53,695 nt of DNA from a bacterium (GCA_963674595.2 CAXXFV010000035.1:1-53695), one strand, 5' to 3'. Positions 30,598 through 40,680 are shown, counted from the first letter of the stretch. The notes: generated by a model not told the origin, from the letters alone. Numbers and translations: made by a program.

Positions 30598-32669
30598 ATG
30601 AATTATCGGTTCAAAAATATTGACATTTGTTCTTCTTTTCTGCTCAGCATTATTAACCGCTACAGAAACCCGTCGTAATCGGACAAAGTAATTCAAAATC
30701 AGCGGACAGCTTTCAATAATGGCCGGCGAATAGCGCGTAATCTGAACGATCGCCGGATTGTTGTTTTTTCAGGACAGCACAGCCCTGAAAACATACTATA
30801 ATGTGGGACATGGTCGGATGACGGCGACAACTGGTCAACACCACAAATACTGGGTGAAGGGAAAAAATCCATCCATAAACCATTGACAGCGGTGGAACTT
30901 TTTTATACCGTTTGGACACCGCTCAATAACAATATTGTATGTGGAAAAATATTTAGAGCCGAATTCTTTACAATGGCAACAGAAGCCACAACACCCCAAA
31001 TTAACAACTCACAGTTTTTTTTCCGTCCATACAGGTAACAGAAAGCGGTGTTTTGGATTGCATGGCACGAGCCTGTTGATTACAAGAGTGATGTTATAAA
31101 AACTGGTACGATATACTCAGTACTTTGAGTCCAAAGACCAAAACTACACTCCGATTTTGCCGACCCGGATTGGAATGCCCGTTTTTGTCTCTGTTACAGG
31201 TGATCTGGAATTTGAACCGGGATTATTACACCTTGCCTGGACCGAATTTAATATTGCTGATAACACTTCGCGAATAAAAATATATAACTTTTTGATGAAA
31301 AACAACTTTACATCGTATGAGCAATTACAGTCAACAGAACAAATTGTTTTCCAACTCCAGCGGTAAAGTTTTTTCCTTCTCTTTCCATTAGAAATTACTC
31401 AAAAAAATTCCAATAAATCTTCGGAATTTGTAATTGCCTGTTCAGATACAAGCAAAAAATTATCTTTACACAATGATGTCAAGTTTCAAGTCCACGAAAA
31501 CTTTTAACTAATATTTATGATTCTTTAAAATGTTCCGGTTACACTCTGGCGAGCGTTGACGACATATTGAAATATCGATTATCATGTGCTATAACATGGC
31601 AGGATGACGGACATATATACTACAATCAATTTCAGGATGAAAACTTTTCAAGCCTTGAACCATATCAGGTAAACAAAAGCAACGGATCACACATCTTTAA
31701 TCCAAGTGTATGTTATAAAAACATTTCGTCCGAAATTATTTGACATTGTGTGGACCGAAGGCAATGAACCACCCCTTTCGCATAATGTACAGACGCATGG
31801 CAAAAAAATATCCAGGTCTTCCGGACAGTGTTAAAATAACAACAAACTATCTTCCTAAAGGAATCTATAAAAATGTATACGTTGGGCGCCTTTATGCGAC
31901 ACATGTTTGGGATTACAAGGAACACTGGGAATTGATAGACGGAAATCTGCCCGACAATTTATTTGTATCTATAGGAGCTGGTGGCGGCATGGTAGTGGGG
32001 ACACCGGTCGAATCCGGTACTTATAATTTTACATTGGCGCTTTCTATAATTATAGCGCGAGATACATGGATTTCTGCAGATACAATGGATTATTGTCTGG
32101 TCATTGAAAATAATCCCCCGCAGTTTGTTTCAACGGACAGCGTATCTGCTTCTGTTGGAGCTAATTTGAGTTATATTGCGGAAGCTATTGATCCTGATGA
32201 AAATGTATTGTCATACAATTTTATTAACAAACCCTATTGGCTATCTCCACAGGATTCATTATTATCAGGCACCGTACCGGTCAATGCCTGTGATACATCC
32301 TTTACAGTTCTTACAACGGACGGTGAGTTGACCGACTCATTAAAAGTCAAAATCCATATTACACAACAAAATAGTGCTTTACCGGAGAAACAAAATAATA
32401 TTCCTCACACTTTTTATCTGCAACAAAATTTTCCAAATCCATTTAATGCAGAGACGAAAATAAAATTTACTCTTTCCAGACAGGATTTGACAAACATTTC
32501 TATTTACAATTTATCAGGGAAAAAGATTGCTGAATTAATGCAACAACATCTGCCGCCTGGGCACTATTCAGTGATATGGAACGCGAAAAATCAACCAAGC
32601 GGGATATATTTTATAAAATTGACATCAGGTTCTTTTCAGACCGTAAAAAAATGTATTCTGGTTAAATGA
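30598..32669 (+). pseudogene. Secreted propeller/BNR-like + Ig-like + CTD protein; 5' half fragmented by many +1 homopolymer insertions (probably sequencing error)
   Basis: Removing single extra bases reconstructs MNYRFK-ILTFVLLFCSALLTATE-PVVIGQSNSKSA-TAFNNGRRIARN...WSDDGDNWSTPQILGEGK-NPSI-TIDSGG...FDIVWTEGNE. This joins ORF 31740-32669, which has Ig-like 'GTPVESGTYNFT', 'NNPPQF' and CTD 'QNFPNPFN'. Confidence 0.7.
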
Positions 32670-32896
32670 GAAAAATTTATTCGAAAGATTAAAAGGTTAA
32701 CTTTTGTTACGAATTCTATTTATTTTGTCGGCTATTTTACTGCTGACCTGTCAAAAAAAACCGGTTTCATCAAAGCACGAGTCGACTATATTCTCGAAAA
32801 AAAGTAACACCATTGTTATAACCTCAAAAAATACAGAACGTACAAAAATAAACTATTAACTAATTTTTTAGTAACATAACAACAGACGAGGTCCTT

Positions 32897-34996
32897 ATGA
32901 AAAAAAACGTCATCTTTACTGTTTTGTTACTCGGCATGATTATTCTAACACAAAGTGCTCAGGCAATTGGTGTTTTATTTTCACGCCCGGTTTGGAGCAA
33001 TCAGACCTATAACAAAATGTGGATAAAAACCGTTGACGCAACCGTTGAAATAAACGGTCAGGTTGCTGTTACGTATGTGGACCAGATTTTTAAAAATGAA
33101 ATGAACAATACCGTTGAAGCCGTATGGGTTTTTCCGTTACCGGAAGGTGCTGTTGTTACGGAACTCTACTACTGGTTTAACGGTCAACGTTACAAAGGCA
33201 GTATTCGTGAACGTCAGGAAGCGCAACAGCAATACCAGGACAAAATCCGCCAAATGCTCGACCCGGCACTTTTGGAATATCTGGGTGACAATTTGTATCG
33301 TTTGAGCATCGCTCCAATCAACGCACAAACTGATGTTAGAACTGAAATCACCTATGTTCAGTTACTCCCTTATGAATTTGGTACAATAGATTATACGTTC
33401 TTGTTAAATGCCGTTGAACTGACACCCAAACCGTTGAACCGAATCTCCGTCAACACGACCGTGGAAACGCCCTCTCAAATAAAACATCTTTATTCCCCAT
33501 CACACCAAAATTCAACAGCCACATCCATCAATCAGATAAACGACAATAAATACACTGTTACATTCGGAGATGAAAATTTTTTCCCGGAAAAGGACCTGAA
33601 AATCTCTTTTGAAACCATACGTGAACAGGTAGATGTAAACGTTTTGAGTTACACACCGTCTAAAGGTGACTCCATTGGTACAGATTCATATTACGCTGTA
33701 TGGATAACGCCACCGGACAGTATCGGAGATGACAAAGTCATTCCGCGAAAAATTGTGTTTACCGCCGATGTTTCATCCAGTATGGAAGGACTCAGAATTG
33801 AACAGCTAAAAACATCGTTACTTGCTTTTTTGGACTGTCTGAATCCCCAGGATATGTTTAACATTTTAACATTCGGCACCACAGTTGTCCCGTATCAACC
33901 TGATCTTGTCCCGGCAACCGCAGAACATGTAGAAAACGCAAAGACTTTTGTTAAAAACATTGGAGCATTGGGTTTGACGAATATTAACCAGGCTATGTTA
34001 CAATCACTTCAGCAATCCTTTTCCGATGAATGCGCCAATATGATCGTTTTCATAACCGACGGCTACCCCACATGGGACGTTACTTTTATCCCTGATATTC
34101 TGGAAAACATAAAACAGGCAAACACGTTAAACACTCGTATTTATCCCTTTGGCGTCGGTGATGACGTCAGCAAACAATTACTGGGACAGATGGCTCTGGA
34201 AAACGGTGGTTATGCAACTTATATCCAACAAGATGAAAATATCGCAAAAATGGTCAGCAATCATTTCACCCGTATTTCAAAGCCAATTTTAACAGACCTG
34301 GACATAAAAATTGCCGGTCTGGAGACATGGGATAAATATCCGCGTCTATTATCTGATTTGTTCTGGGGCAGTCAGGTCATGCAGCTTGGATTATACAGTA
34401 ATTCCGGCAACTTTCCTGTTTACCTTACCGGACGAATCGGTAAGCAGGACATCGGTTATCATTCCCAGGCAAACTTTTTAAACATACCTGGTGAAGGTCA
34501 TCGTTTTATACCTCGCCTTTGGGCACAATCCAAAATAAACCATTTGTTAAATGAAATTGCCATATATGGCGAACAGGTAGAACTGGTCAACCAGGTTATC
34601 GAACTTTCGTTAAAATACCAAATCCTTACACCTTACACTGCCTTTTATGCAGACCCGGATGACAACAACACGGCTGTGGATAACAATGAGGACAAAATAC
34701 CTCAGATATTATCTTTGCATCAAAATTATCCGAATCCATTTAACCCAACGACAACGATTGCTTATGAATTATATTCTCCGGGACAGGTGACCATCAAGAT
34801 ATATGACATTACAGGACGATTGGTAAAAATTTTATTATACGCACAGCTCAATGCCGGTTTGCATAACGTAGTTTGGGATGCCACGGATTTTAAGGGCAAT
34901 CCGGTTGCCGCCGGCATTTACATCTATAAAATAGAATTTACAGGAATTGACAATCAAAAATTCACTCAATGTAAAAAAATGAGTTTTGTAAAATGA
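32897..34996 (+). CDS. Secreted VIT + vWA protein with T9SS-A/FlgD-like CTD
   Basis: VIT 'AVTYVDQIFKN...EAVWVFPLPEGA', MIDAS 'TADVSSSM', 'FITDG', 'RLWAQSKI', 'LSLKYQILTPYTAF', CTD. Confidence 0.92.
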   Translation: MKKNVIFTVLLLGMIILTQSAQAIGVLFSRPVWSNQTYNKMWIKTVDATVEINGQVAVTYVDQIFKNEMNNTVEAVWVFPLPEGAVVTELYYWFNGQRYKGSIRERQEAQQQYQDKIRQMLDPALLEYLGDNLYRLSIAPINAQTDVRTEITYVQLLPYEFGTIDYTFLLNAVELTPKPLNRISVNTTVETPSQIKHLYSPSHQNSTATSINQINDNKYTVTFGDENFFPEKDLKISFETIREQVDVNVLSYTPSKGDSIGTDSYYAVWITPPDSIGDDKVIPRKIVFTADVSSSMEGLRIEQLKTSLLAFLDCLNPQDMFNILTFGTTVVPYQPDLVPATAEHVENAKTFVKNIGALGLTNINQAMLQSLQQSFSDECANMIVFITDGYPTWDVTFIPDILENIKQANTLNTRIYPFGVGDDVSKQLLGQMALENGGYATYIQQDENIAKMVSNHFTRISKPILTDLDIKIAGLETWDKYPRLLSDLFWGSQVMQLGLYSNSGNFPVYLTGRIGKQDIGYHSQANFLNIPGEGHRFIPRLWAQSKINHLLNEIAIYGEQVELVNQVIELSLKYQILTPYTAFYADPDDNNTAVDNNEDKIPQILSLHQNYPNPFNPTTTIAYELYSPGQVTIKIYDITGRLVKILLYAQLNAGLHNVVWDATDFKGNPVAAGIYIYKIEFTGIDNQKFTQCKKMSFVK

Positions 34997-37116
34997 GGCC
35001 CGGATTGTATTTCATAATATTTCAATGTGTTTCATCCGCTGCTTTTGCCCAAACAGGTATATGGCAGAGAGATGATAGTGTTATCAATCCGTCCGGACTT
35101 GATTTGAACAATTCAGTAAATTGGATATGGTGCGATATAAACAACGACAATGATCCCGACGTTTTGCTTTATAAAGAATTCACAGATGGAACGAAACAAT
35201 CCGTTCTGTATTGCGGCAGAGACTCCGGTCCTTATTATTGGCAGGAAAACAACAGTTTTTTAAATGATTTTCCGCAACAATCATTAAACCGGATTATAGC
35301 TGTAAAAGATATGGATGAAAATGGGTTTAAGGATATATTAACCTATGAAATGCAAAATGATTTGAACCATATCCCCTGCTATTTATTTTTAAAATGGTCA
35401 AACAACATAAATAATACATGGAAAGCCGACACGCTGTTTTCTTTACAGGTGCCGGAGAACTTTGGATATAAAGCACCACAAATAGTAGATATCGACGGTG
35501 ATCAGGACCAGGACATCATATTCTTTAACAATATTTCAACGGATAAAGATTCTCTTCTCCTTGTTGAAAATATCGGTTCTACAGAAGAACCGGTCTTTCA
35601 GCCGGATTCGACAGCTTTTTCTAATTTTGGTCAAAATCTGCTTTATTGGCAAACCAGCACACCTAAATTTTTGGACATAAACAATGATAACATTATGGAC
35701 CTGCTTTTTATATCGGAATTTGAAGGTATATGTGTTTGCTGTTATTTGGGAGTTGTAGACACGGAAGGTTATCATTTAAATCCGGATGTACTATATCTGC
35801 AAATTGAAACCAAAGAATCGATAAAATTACTCGATGCGTTAGACATGAATAATGATGGACATCTGGATTTGTTAGTGTGTGATGAGGAGAACAGAGGTTT
35901 TATCTTTTTAAATGATCCGGATTCTCTGCTGAATTATAATTTTTATCAATTAGGACCCATAAAAGCAAATTATTACACCTCCATATCACCCTGTTTAGAT
36001 GAAAATGAGACGATTACATTGTTGACCACAGCAACAAATTACTCTTCAATTCCTGGTCCGACTGGCAGTATTTATCAATATCAACAAAAACCAATTCATA
36101 ATAAAAAATTATGGCAGCTTGTTTCAAGAACACCCCAAAAACCTTTGTATTGGAACTATATATATTATATGGCCTCTTTTTCCGATATGGATTGCAATGA
36201 TAAAACAGAGTTGACGTTTTCTCTGGAGAATGACTTTATAACATTTGAAACGGATAATATCCACGATTACAGCACATGGACGGAAAAACCGGACCTTTTG
36301 CAGCAGTTTAAAACAAACAAACGAGACAGTGTTTATACATTTGTTCGTTTTGCAGATATGGACAACGATAACAAGGACGATCTGTTTTTAGAAAAAAGAA
36401 TTTTTTCAGGAGATAATTCTACCATACTTTCAAAAACAGAAACCTATTTTTATCAAAACTGCTTTCATATACAACCCAACCTTTGGGAGGAAAAGCCGAA
36501 ATGGAAAATCGGTATGGATTCTGTTTACTATTCATCCACATTTTATGATTTTGACGCTGACGGAGATATGGATTTAATTTCCGGAACATATGACGGACGT
36601 ATTAAATATTTTGAAAATATCGGTGGTAAAACAAGTCCCGTATGGCGGCAGGACACAACAGCATTTAATAGTATAAATGTAATAAGTAAAGCCATGCCGG
36701 TTTTATTTGATTATGACGGTGATAATCGTCCCGATCTTTTTTTAGGCAATGGTGAAGGTAATGTATATTACTATAACAATCAGAGCGAATCATCCGTCCA
36801 TATTAAAAATAATCAAATTCCCGTTCAGCTTGATATTTTCCCAAACTACCCGAATCCTTTTAATCCGACAACAACGATTACCTGGGAACTATCTTCTCCG
36901 GGACAGGTGACCATCAAGATATATGACATTACAGGACGATTGGTAAAAATTTTATTACACGCACAGCTCAACACCGGCTTGCATAATACAATCTGGGATG
37001 CCACGGATTCTAAGGACAATCCGGTTGCCGCCGGCATTTACATCTATAAAATAGAATTTACAGGAATTGATAATCAAAAATTTACACAATGTAAAAAAAT
37101 GAGTTTTGTAAAATAA
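34721..37116 (+). repeat. 276-bp duplicated CTD-coding segment (34721-34996 and 36841-37116)
   Basis: Manual ungapped comparison gave 28 mismatches in 276 nt (~90% identity), including two identical stretches of more than 50 nt. Confidence 0.9.
34993..37116 (+). CDS. Secreted FG-GAP/VCBS-repeat beta-propeller protein with CTD
   Basis: Multiple DxDxDGxxD-type motifs (DINNDNDPD, DIDGDQDQD, DMNNDGHLD, DFDADGDMD, DYDGDNRPD). Start overlaps the upstream stop (ATGA). Confidence 0.9.
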   Translation: MRPGLYFIIFQCVSSAAFAQTGIWQRDDSVINPSGLDLNNSVNWIWCDINNDNDPDVLLYKEFTDGTKQSVLYCGRDSGPYYWQENNSFLNDFPQQSLNRIIAVKDMDENGFKDILTYEMQNDLNHIPCYLFLKWSNNINNTWKADTLFSLQVPENFGYKAPQIVDIDGDQDQDIIFFNNISTDKDSLLLVENIGSTEEPVFQPDSTAFSNFGQNLLYWQTSTPKFLDINNDNIMDLLFISEFEGICVCCYLGVVDTEGYHLNPDVLYLQIETKESIKLLDALDMNNDGHLDLLVCDEENRGFIFLNDPDSLLNYNFYQLGPIKANYYTSISPCLDENETITLLTTATNYSSIPGPTGSIYQYQQKPIHNKKLWQLVSRTPQKPLYWNYIYYMASFSDMDCNDKTELTFSLENDFITFETDNIHDYSTWTEKPDLLQQFKTNKRDSVYTFVRFADMDNDNKDDLFLEKRIFSGDNSTILSKTETYFYQNCFHIQPNLWEEKPKWKIGMDSVYYSSTFYDFDADGDMDLISGTYDGRIKYFENIGGKTSPVWRQDTTAFNSINVISKAMPVLFDYDGDNRPDLFLGNGEGNVYYYNNQSESSVHIKNNQIPVQLDIFPNYPNPFNPTTTITWELSSPGQVTIKIYDITGRLVKILLHAQLNTGLHNTIWDATDSKDNPVAAGIYIYKIEFTGIDNQKFTQCKKMSFVK

Positions 37117-37193
37117 ATTAGCGGGTGATGCTTAAGGGGAACAGGGGGATGTGGGTGACACCACATTCTAAAAAGGGGTCATAAGGATAAATC

Positions 37194-37227
37194 AGCGGGA
37201 TTCTGATAAACATCACGGAATCCCGCT
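37194..37227. terminator. Hairpin between convergent genes (probable terminator)
   Basis: Inverted repeat agcgggattc ... gaatcccgct. Confidence 0.55.
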
Positions 37228-37241
37228 AAAATCCTTTTTCA

Positions 37242-38066
37242 TCAAACTTTATATACCGGTTTAATCCAGGTTTCTTTGGGTGCATATTTACTTTCAGCCG
37301 CCCAGATAATACCGCGTTTCATCGTTTCCAATGCTTCAGGAACGTTCCAGTCCACTGCTTTATGGCCTAATGAAGAATAAAAAACCCGGCCATTACCATA
37401 ATATTTTTTCCATATTACCGGCATAACACAACCGTCGATCCAGTGAGCGTGTTCACCATTAAAAGTCGTTGTTGCCAGTACATTGACGTTTGGATCAACA
37501 TGCAAATAATATTGCTCTGAGTGCATGGCAAAATCCTTAATGCCGACCGTTACAGGATCGTTTGGGTTAGAAACATTGACCATATAATCTATAACACCAC
37601 CGGGATGTGCGACCCATTGCCCGCCGGTCATAAACTGATATTCCGTATTCATACGAAAAGAATCACACAAACCGCCGTGCCAGCCTGCCAAACCGGTCCC
37701 GTTACTGATGGCAGCCAGCAAACCTTTTTCCTGTTCCTTTTCAATCGTTCCCATTGTCCATACCTGAACAACAAGGTCCAGAGAATCCATTAATTCCTTG
37801 TCTGTATAGGAATCCAGGGTATCGGAAATGGTCAGGTCAAAGCCGGCCTTTTGCATCCACGGACAAAAAATATCCCGGCATAAAACGGGATCGTGTCCGT
37901 CCCAGCCACCATATACAAAAAGCGCTTTACGTTTTTGTGCAATTTTTTGGGTATCAATAGGTTTAACTGAAGGTTTTGAATTACACGCCAATACTCCGGT
38001 TACTCCGGTCGCAGCAGCGGCAGCCATTGTTAAAAAATCCCTCCTGCCATGCGCATTGCCATTCAT
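37242..38066 (-). CDS. Tat-exported ThuA-like domain protein
   Basis: Twin-arginine 'RRDFL' and a possible lipobox VLAC. 'GGWDGH', 'GLAGWHGG', 'GGQWVAHPG', 'SEQYYLH', 'GRVFYSSLGH'. Confidence 0.88.
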   Translation of the reverse strand: MNGNAHGRRDFLTMAAAAATGVTGVLACNSKPSVKPIDTQKIAQKRKALFVYGGWDGHDPVLCRDIFCPWMQKAGFDLTISDTLDSYTDKELMDSLDLVVQVWTMGTIEKEQEKGLLAAISNGTGLAGWHGGLCDSFRMNTEYQFMTGGQWVAHPGGVIDYMVNVSNPNDPVTVGIKDFAMHSEQYYLHVDPNVNVLATTTFNGEHAHWIDGCVMPVIWKKYYGNGRVFYSSLGHKAVDWNVPEALETMKRGIIWAAESKYAPKETWIKPVYKV

Positions 38067-38094
38067 AGTATTCTCCTTGAGGATTAGTATGAGT

Positions 38095-40680
38095 TTATTG
38101 GGTAGTTATCTGTGAAAAATTTTGAAAATGAACACGACCCTCTCCGGTTCCATGCACCAAACCTATGACCGGAGCATATTCTTTTTCAATAGTATGTGTA
38201 AACAATAAACGATCGTTTACAAAGAATTTAAAATTATTACCGTTTTTAATAACTTTAAGAGAAAAACTGGAAATACTATATTTAATAATTTTTTCTTTTC
38301 GAATTTGCTGATCTACCAATCCAAATTTTAATCCACCTCTGTCATCGGTAATACCGAAAAACATATAGTCATTATCATTTTTATAATCCAACAGCAAACC
38401 ACATTCGTGGATTTGACCGTTTGGCCAGTCTAATGGTTTTTGTTCCAGACAAATCTCAACGGATAACTCAAAATCTTTATTTGTACCGTTTGTCAGCAAC
38501 AAGGCCTTTTCATCAATACTTTGGGACACAGCGTGCCCCCGATAAATTTCAAAGTGCCGATTATTCCACTCGTCTCCGGTTTCCAGGGAACCGATTTCAC
38601 CAGGTTTCCGGTTAAACGAATCAAAAACAATTCGGTTTGGAACAATATAGGGACCAATTTCAGTAAAATCTGCTATCATGTCCCTCGTTAATATCTGGCG
38701 TATATCCTGCAAATGAATGAACTGTTCATCATTCTCACAAATATACAATTTTATTTTCGGATGAAGCAATGGTGCAAATGCCTTGAAAAAATCCTTGCAG
38801 CGCATTTTACCTTGTTGTATTTCAAAATCAGGAACATCTTGCTTTTTAAACAAAGCATATTGTTTCACATAATTCCTTAACTGCAAATCTGATATAAATG
38901 GCTGATCCCAGCTATCGTTCAAGTTTTTAAAAGGAATTCCCAATACGCCTGCCATTTGTTCGTATTTGAATTCAGGCGTTCCGGCAATGGCATTTTCAAA
39001 ATAAACAATAGAGCTATTTAAACGATCAACAAGCAGCCACTGTAATTCAAGGGTATTTACGCCAGACACAGAAATTTGTTGTTTATCAGCAAGGTAAACC
39101 ATAGCGGCAGCAACAACGCCTAAATGATTCATACTGGATCCCGCCCGAATAGATGACTGCGCCATAAAGGTCGTTGAAGGAGTCCCGGGAGATAAATAAT
39201 TATCGATTAAACTGTAATCCGGTTCAATAATACGACGAGGCAAACTGTGCAGATTCAGTCCCGAAGCCTCCGGCACGCAATATGTAAAGGCAGAACCCTC
39301 TGGCCCGGCTCCATCCGGGCTGGGAACACTGGCGGCCAGAACAGAATGATAGTCAATTTCCAACAAAGGCACACCAATCCCATCAAATACCCAAAATGAT
39401 TTTTCATGGAAATAGGGCCGTCCTCCCTTTCGAAAAAACATTTGCCCGCCAACCGGTTCAGGCACCTTGAGCCGTGCCAAAACCCGGTGATATAAACGGC
39501 AGGCGAAATATTGATCACCGCCGTAACTTGTCGTTCCAAAATCAGATAATTTATAAGGGGCGTCATAAATATTAAAAGCATCTTTGTCTATGCCATAGCG
39601 GTTCCCTTCCGGTGTAAATTTTTGATAATAATAAAGTGAATTGACGACATATTGAAAGGCCTTTTTTTCCACATAACGTTTCCACTTCCAAACGTCATCA
39701 TGTCTGAGATAATGTGTTCCGTCCGGCAAACGATACCATTCGGGTAATGATTTTAATGGTTCATTACCCGAAAACCGCCAAATATTTCGGCCATTTCGAT
39801 TACCACCGGGGCGTTTTTCATCCTTTAAATGTTTAAAATTATTTATATCAAAACCTGTCGGCTCATTCTTTAATAACCAGGGTGCGTCATCAGGAACAGA
39901 TTCACTTTTGAGCACATATTCCTTTAAGGGAATGACCGGACTGGCCGCCATGGAATTATCCTCGATTTCCGGACGCCTGTCACAATACTTTTCCAAAAGC
40001 GGGACTTTACCGGAAAGAATATTGTGATTATTACGATATGTTGCAAAAAGCCTGCGACCTGCAAATGCTTCCATATCCCGGGTTGGGTCTTTATCTTCGT
40101 GCTGCCCTTCTCTGCCAAAAACAACAGGCAAATCAAATGCTTTGGCGCCATATCCTTCCGGTGTGCCGTCTATGGCAAATTGACAGTTTATTTTAATAAC
40201 TTGTCCATCCTCAGCAATCACAGACACCTGTTTGACTTGATTTTTTTTATTTCGAACGCCGGAATGCGGCTTGGGTAAATATCCTGTTAATATTTTGATA
40301 TGAGGATATTTTTTAACAAGGTCATAAAGAAATTCGATACTTGCACCGGGCGGCGCAACGCGTCCATCTTTTCCTGCCGTAGATGAACCTGATTTTTCAT
40401 TCGTATGTTTTCTGGCAAAGGTATCATAAACATAGTTTATTCCACCGACAGTACGGGCCGATACAGCAATGTCTGTCGGAATAAAATTTGTAAAATCTCC
40501 GCCAAAATCACGGGGATGAGTTAAAACAAGAACGGTCTCAATGCCAAGCTCTCCGGCAGCCCAAACAGCTCCCAAACCGGCATCATCTCCACCCAGTATG
40601 ACAAGCTTGGTTGAAATAGTATTTTGGGCAAGCAAGGGACAATAAAATAATAAAACAATCAATATTTTGATATAACGCAC
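38095..40680 (-). CDS. Secreted FAD-dependent oxidoreductase-like protein with C-terminal beta-sandwich domain
   Basis: AGGAG then GTG 40680, signal peptide, Rossmann-like 'LVILGGDDAGLGAVWAA', 'FAIDGTPEG...FGRE' and 'SSIRAGSSMNHLGVVAA', resembling the PF12831 FAD_oxidored family. Confidence 0.65.
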   Translation of the reverse strand: MRYIKILIVLLFYCPLLAQNTISTKLVILGGDDAGLGAVWAAGELGIETVLVLTHPRDFGGDFTNFIPTDIAVSARTVGGINYVYDTFARKHTNEKSGSSTAGKDGRVAPPGASIEFLYDLVKKYPHIKILTGYLPKPHSGVRNKKNQVKQVSVIAEDGQVIKINCQFAIDGTPEGYGAKAFDLPVVFGREGQHEDKDPTRDMEAFAGRRLFATYRNNHNILSGKVPLLEKYCDRRPEIEDNSMAASPVIPLKEYVLKSESVPDDAPWLLKNEPTGFDINNFKHLKDEKRPGGNRNGRNIWRFSGNEPLKSLPEWYRLPDGTHYLRHDDVWKWKRYVEKKAFQYVVNSLYYYQKFTPEGNRYGIDKDAFNIYDAPYKLSDFGTTSYGGDQYFACRLYHRVLARLKVPEPVGGQMFFRKGGRPYFHEKSFWVFDGIGVPLLEIDYHSVLAASVPSPDGAGPEGSAFTYCVPEASGLNLHSLPRRIIEPDYSLIDNYLSPGTPSTTFMAQSSIRAGSSMNHLGVVAAAMVYLADKQQISVSGVNTLELQWLLVDRLNSSIVYFENAIAGTPEFKYEQMAGVLGIPFKNLNDSWDQPFISDLQLRNYVKQYALFKKQDVPDFEIQQGKMRCKDFFKAFAPLLHPKIKLYICENDEQFIHLQDIRQILTRDMIADFTEIGPYIVPNRIVFDSFNRKPGEIGSLETGDEWNNRHFEIYRGHAVSQSIDEKALLLTNGTNKDFELSVEICLEQKPLDWPNGQIHECGLLLDYKNDNDYMFFGITDDRGGLKFGLVDQQIRKEKIIKYSISSFSLKVIKNGNNFKFFVNDRLLFTHTIEKEYAPVIGLVHGTGEGRVHFQNFSQITTQ

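Noticed and set aside
34721-37116. Diversity-generating retroelement TR/VR pair
   Set aside because: Mismatches are mostly C/T and G/A transitions in both directions, not confined to adenines of one copy. Both copies are coding and no reverse transcriptase is in the window.
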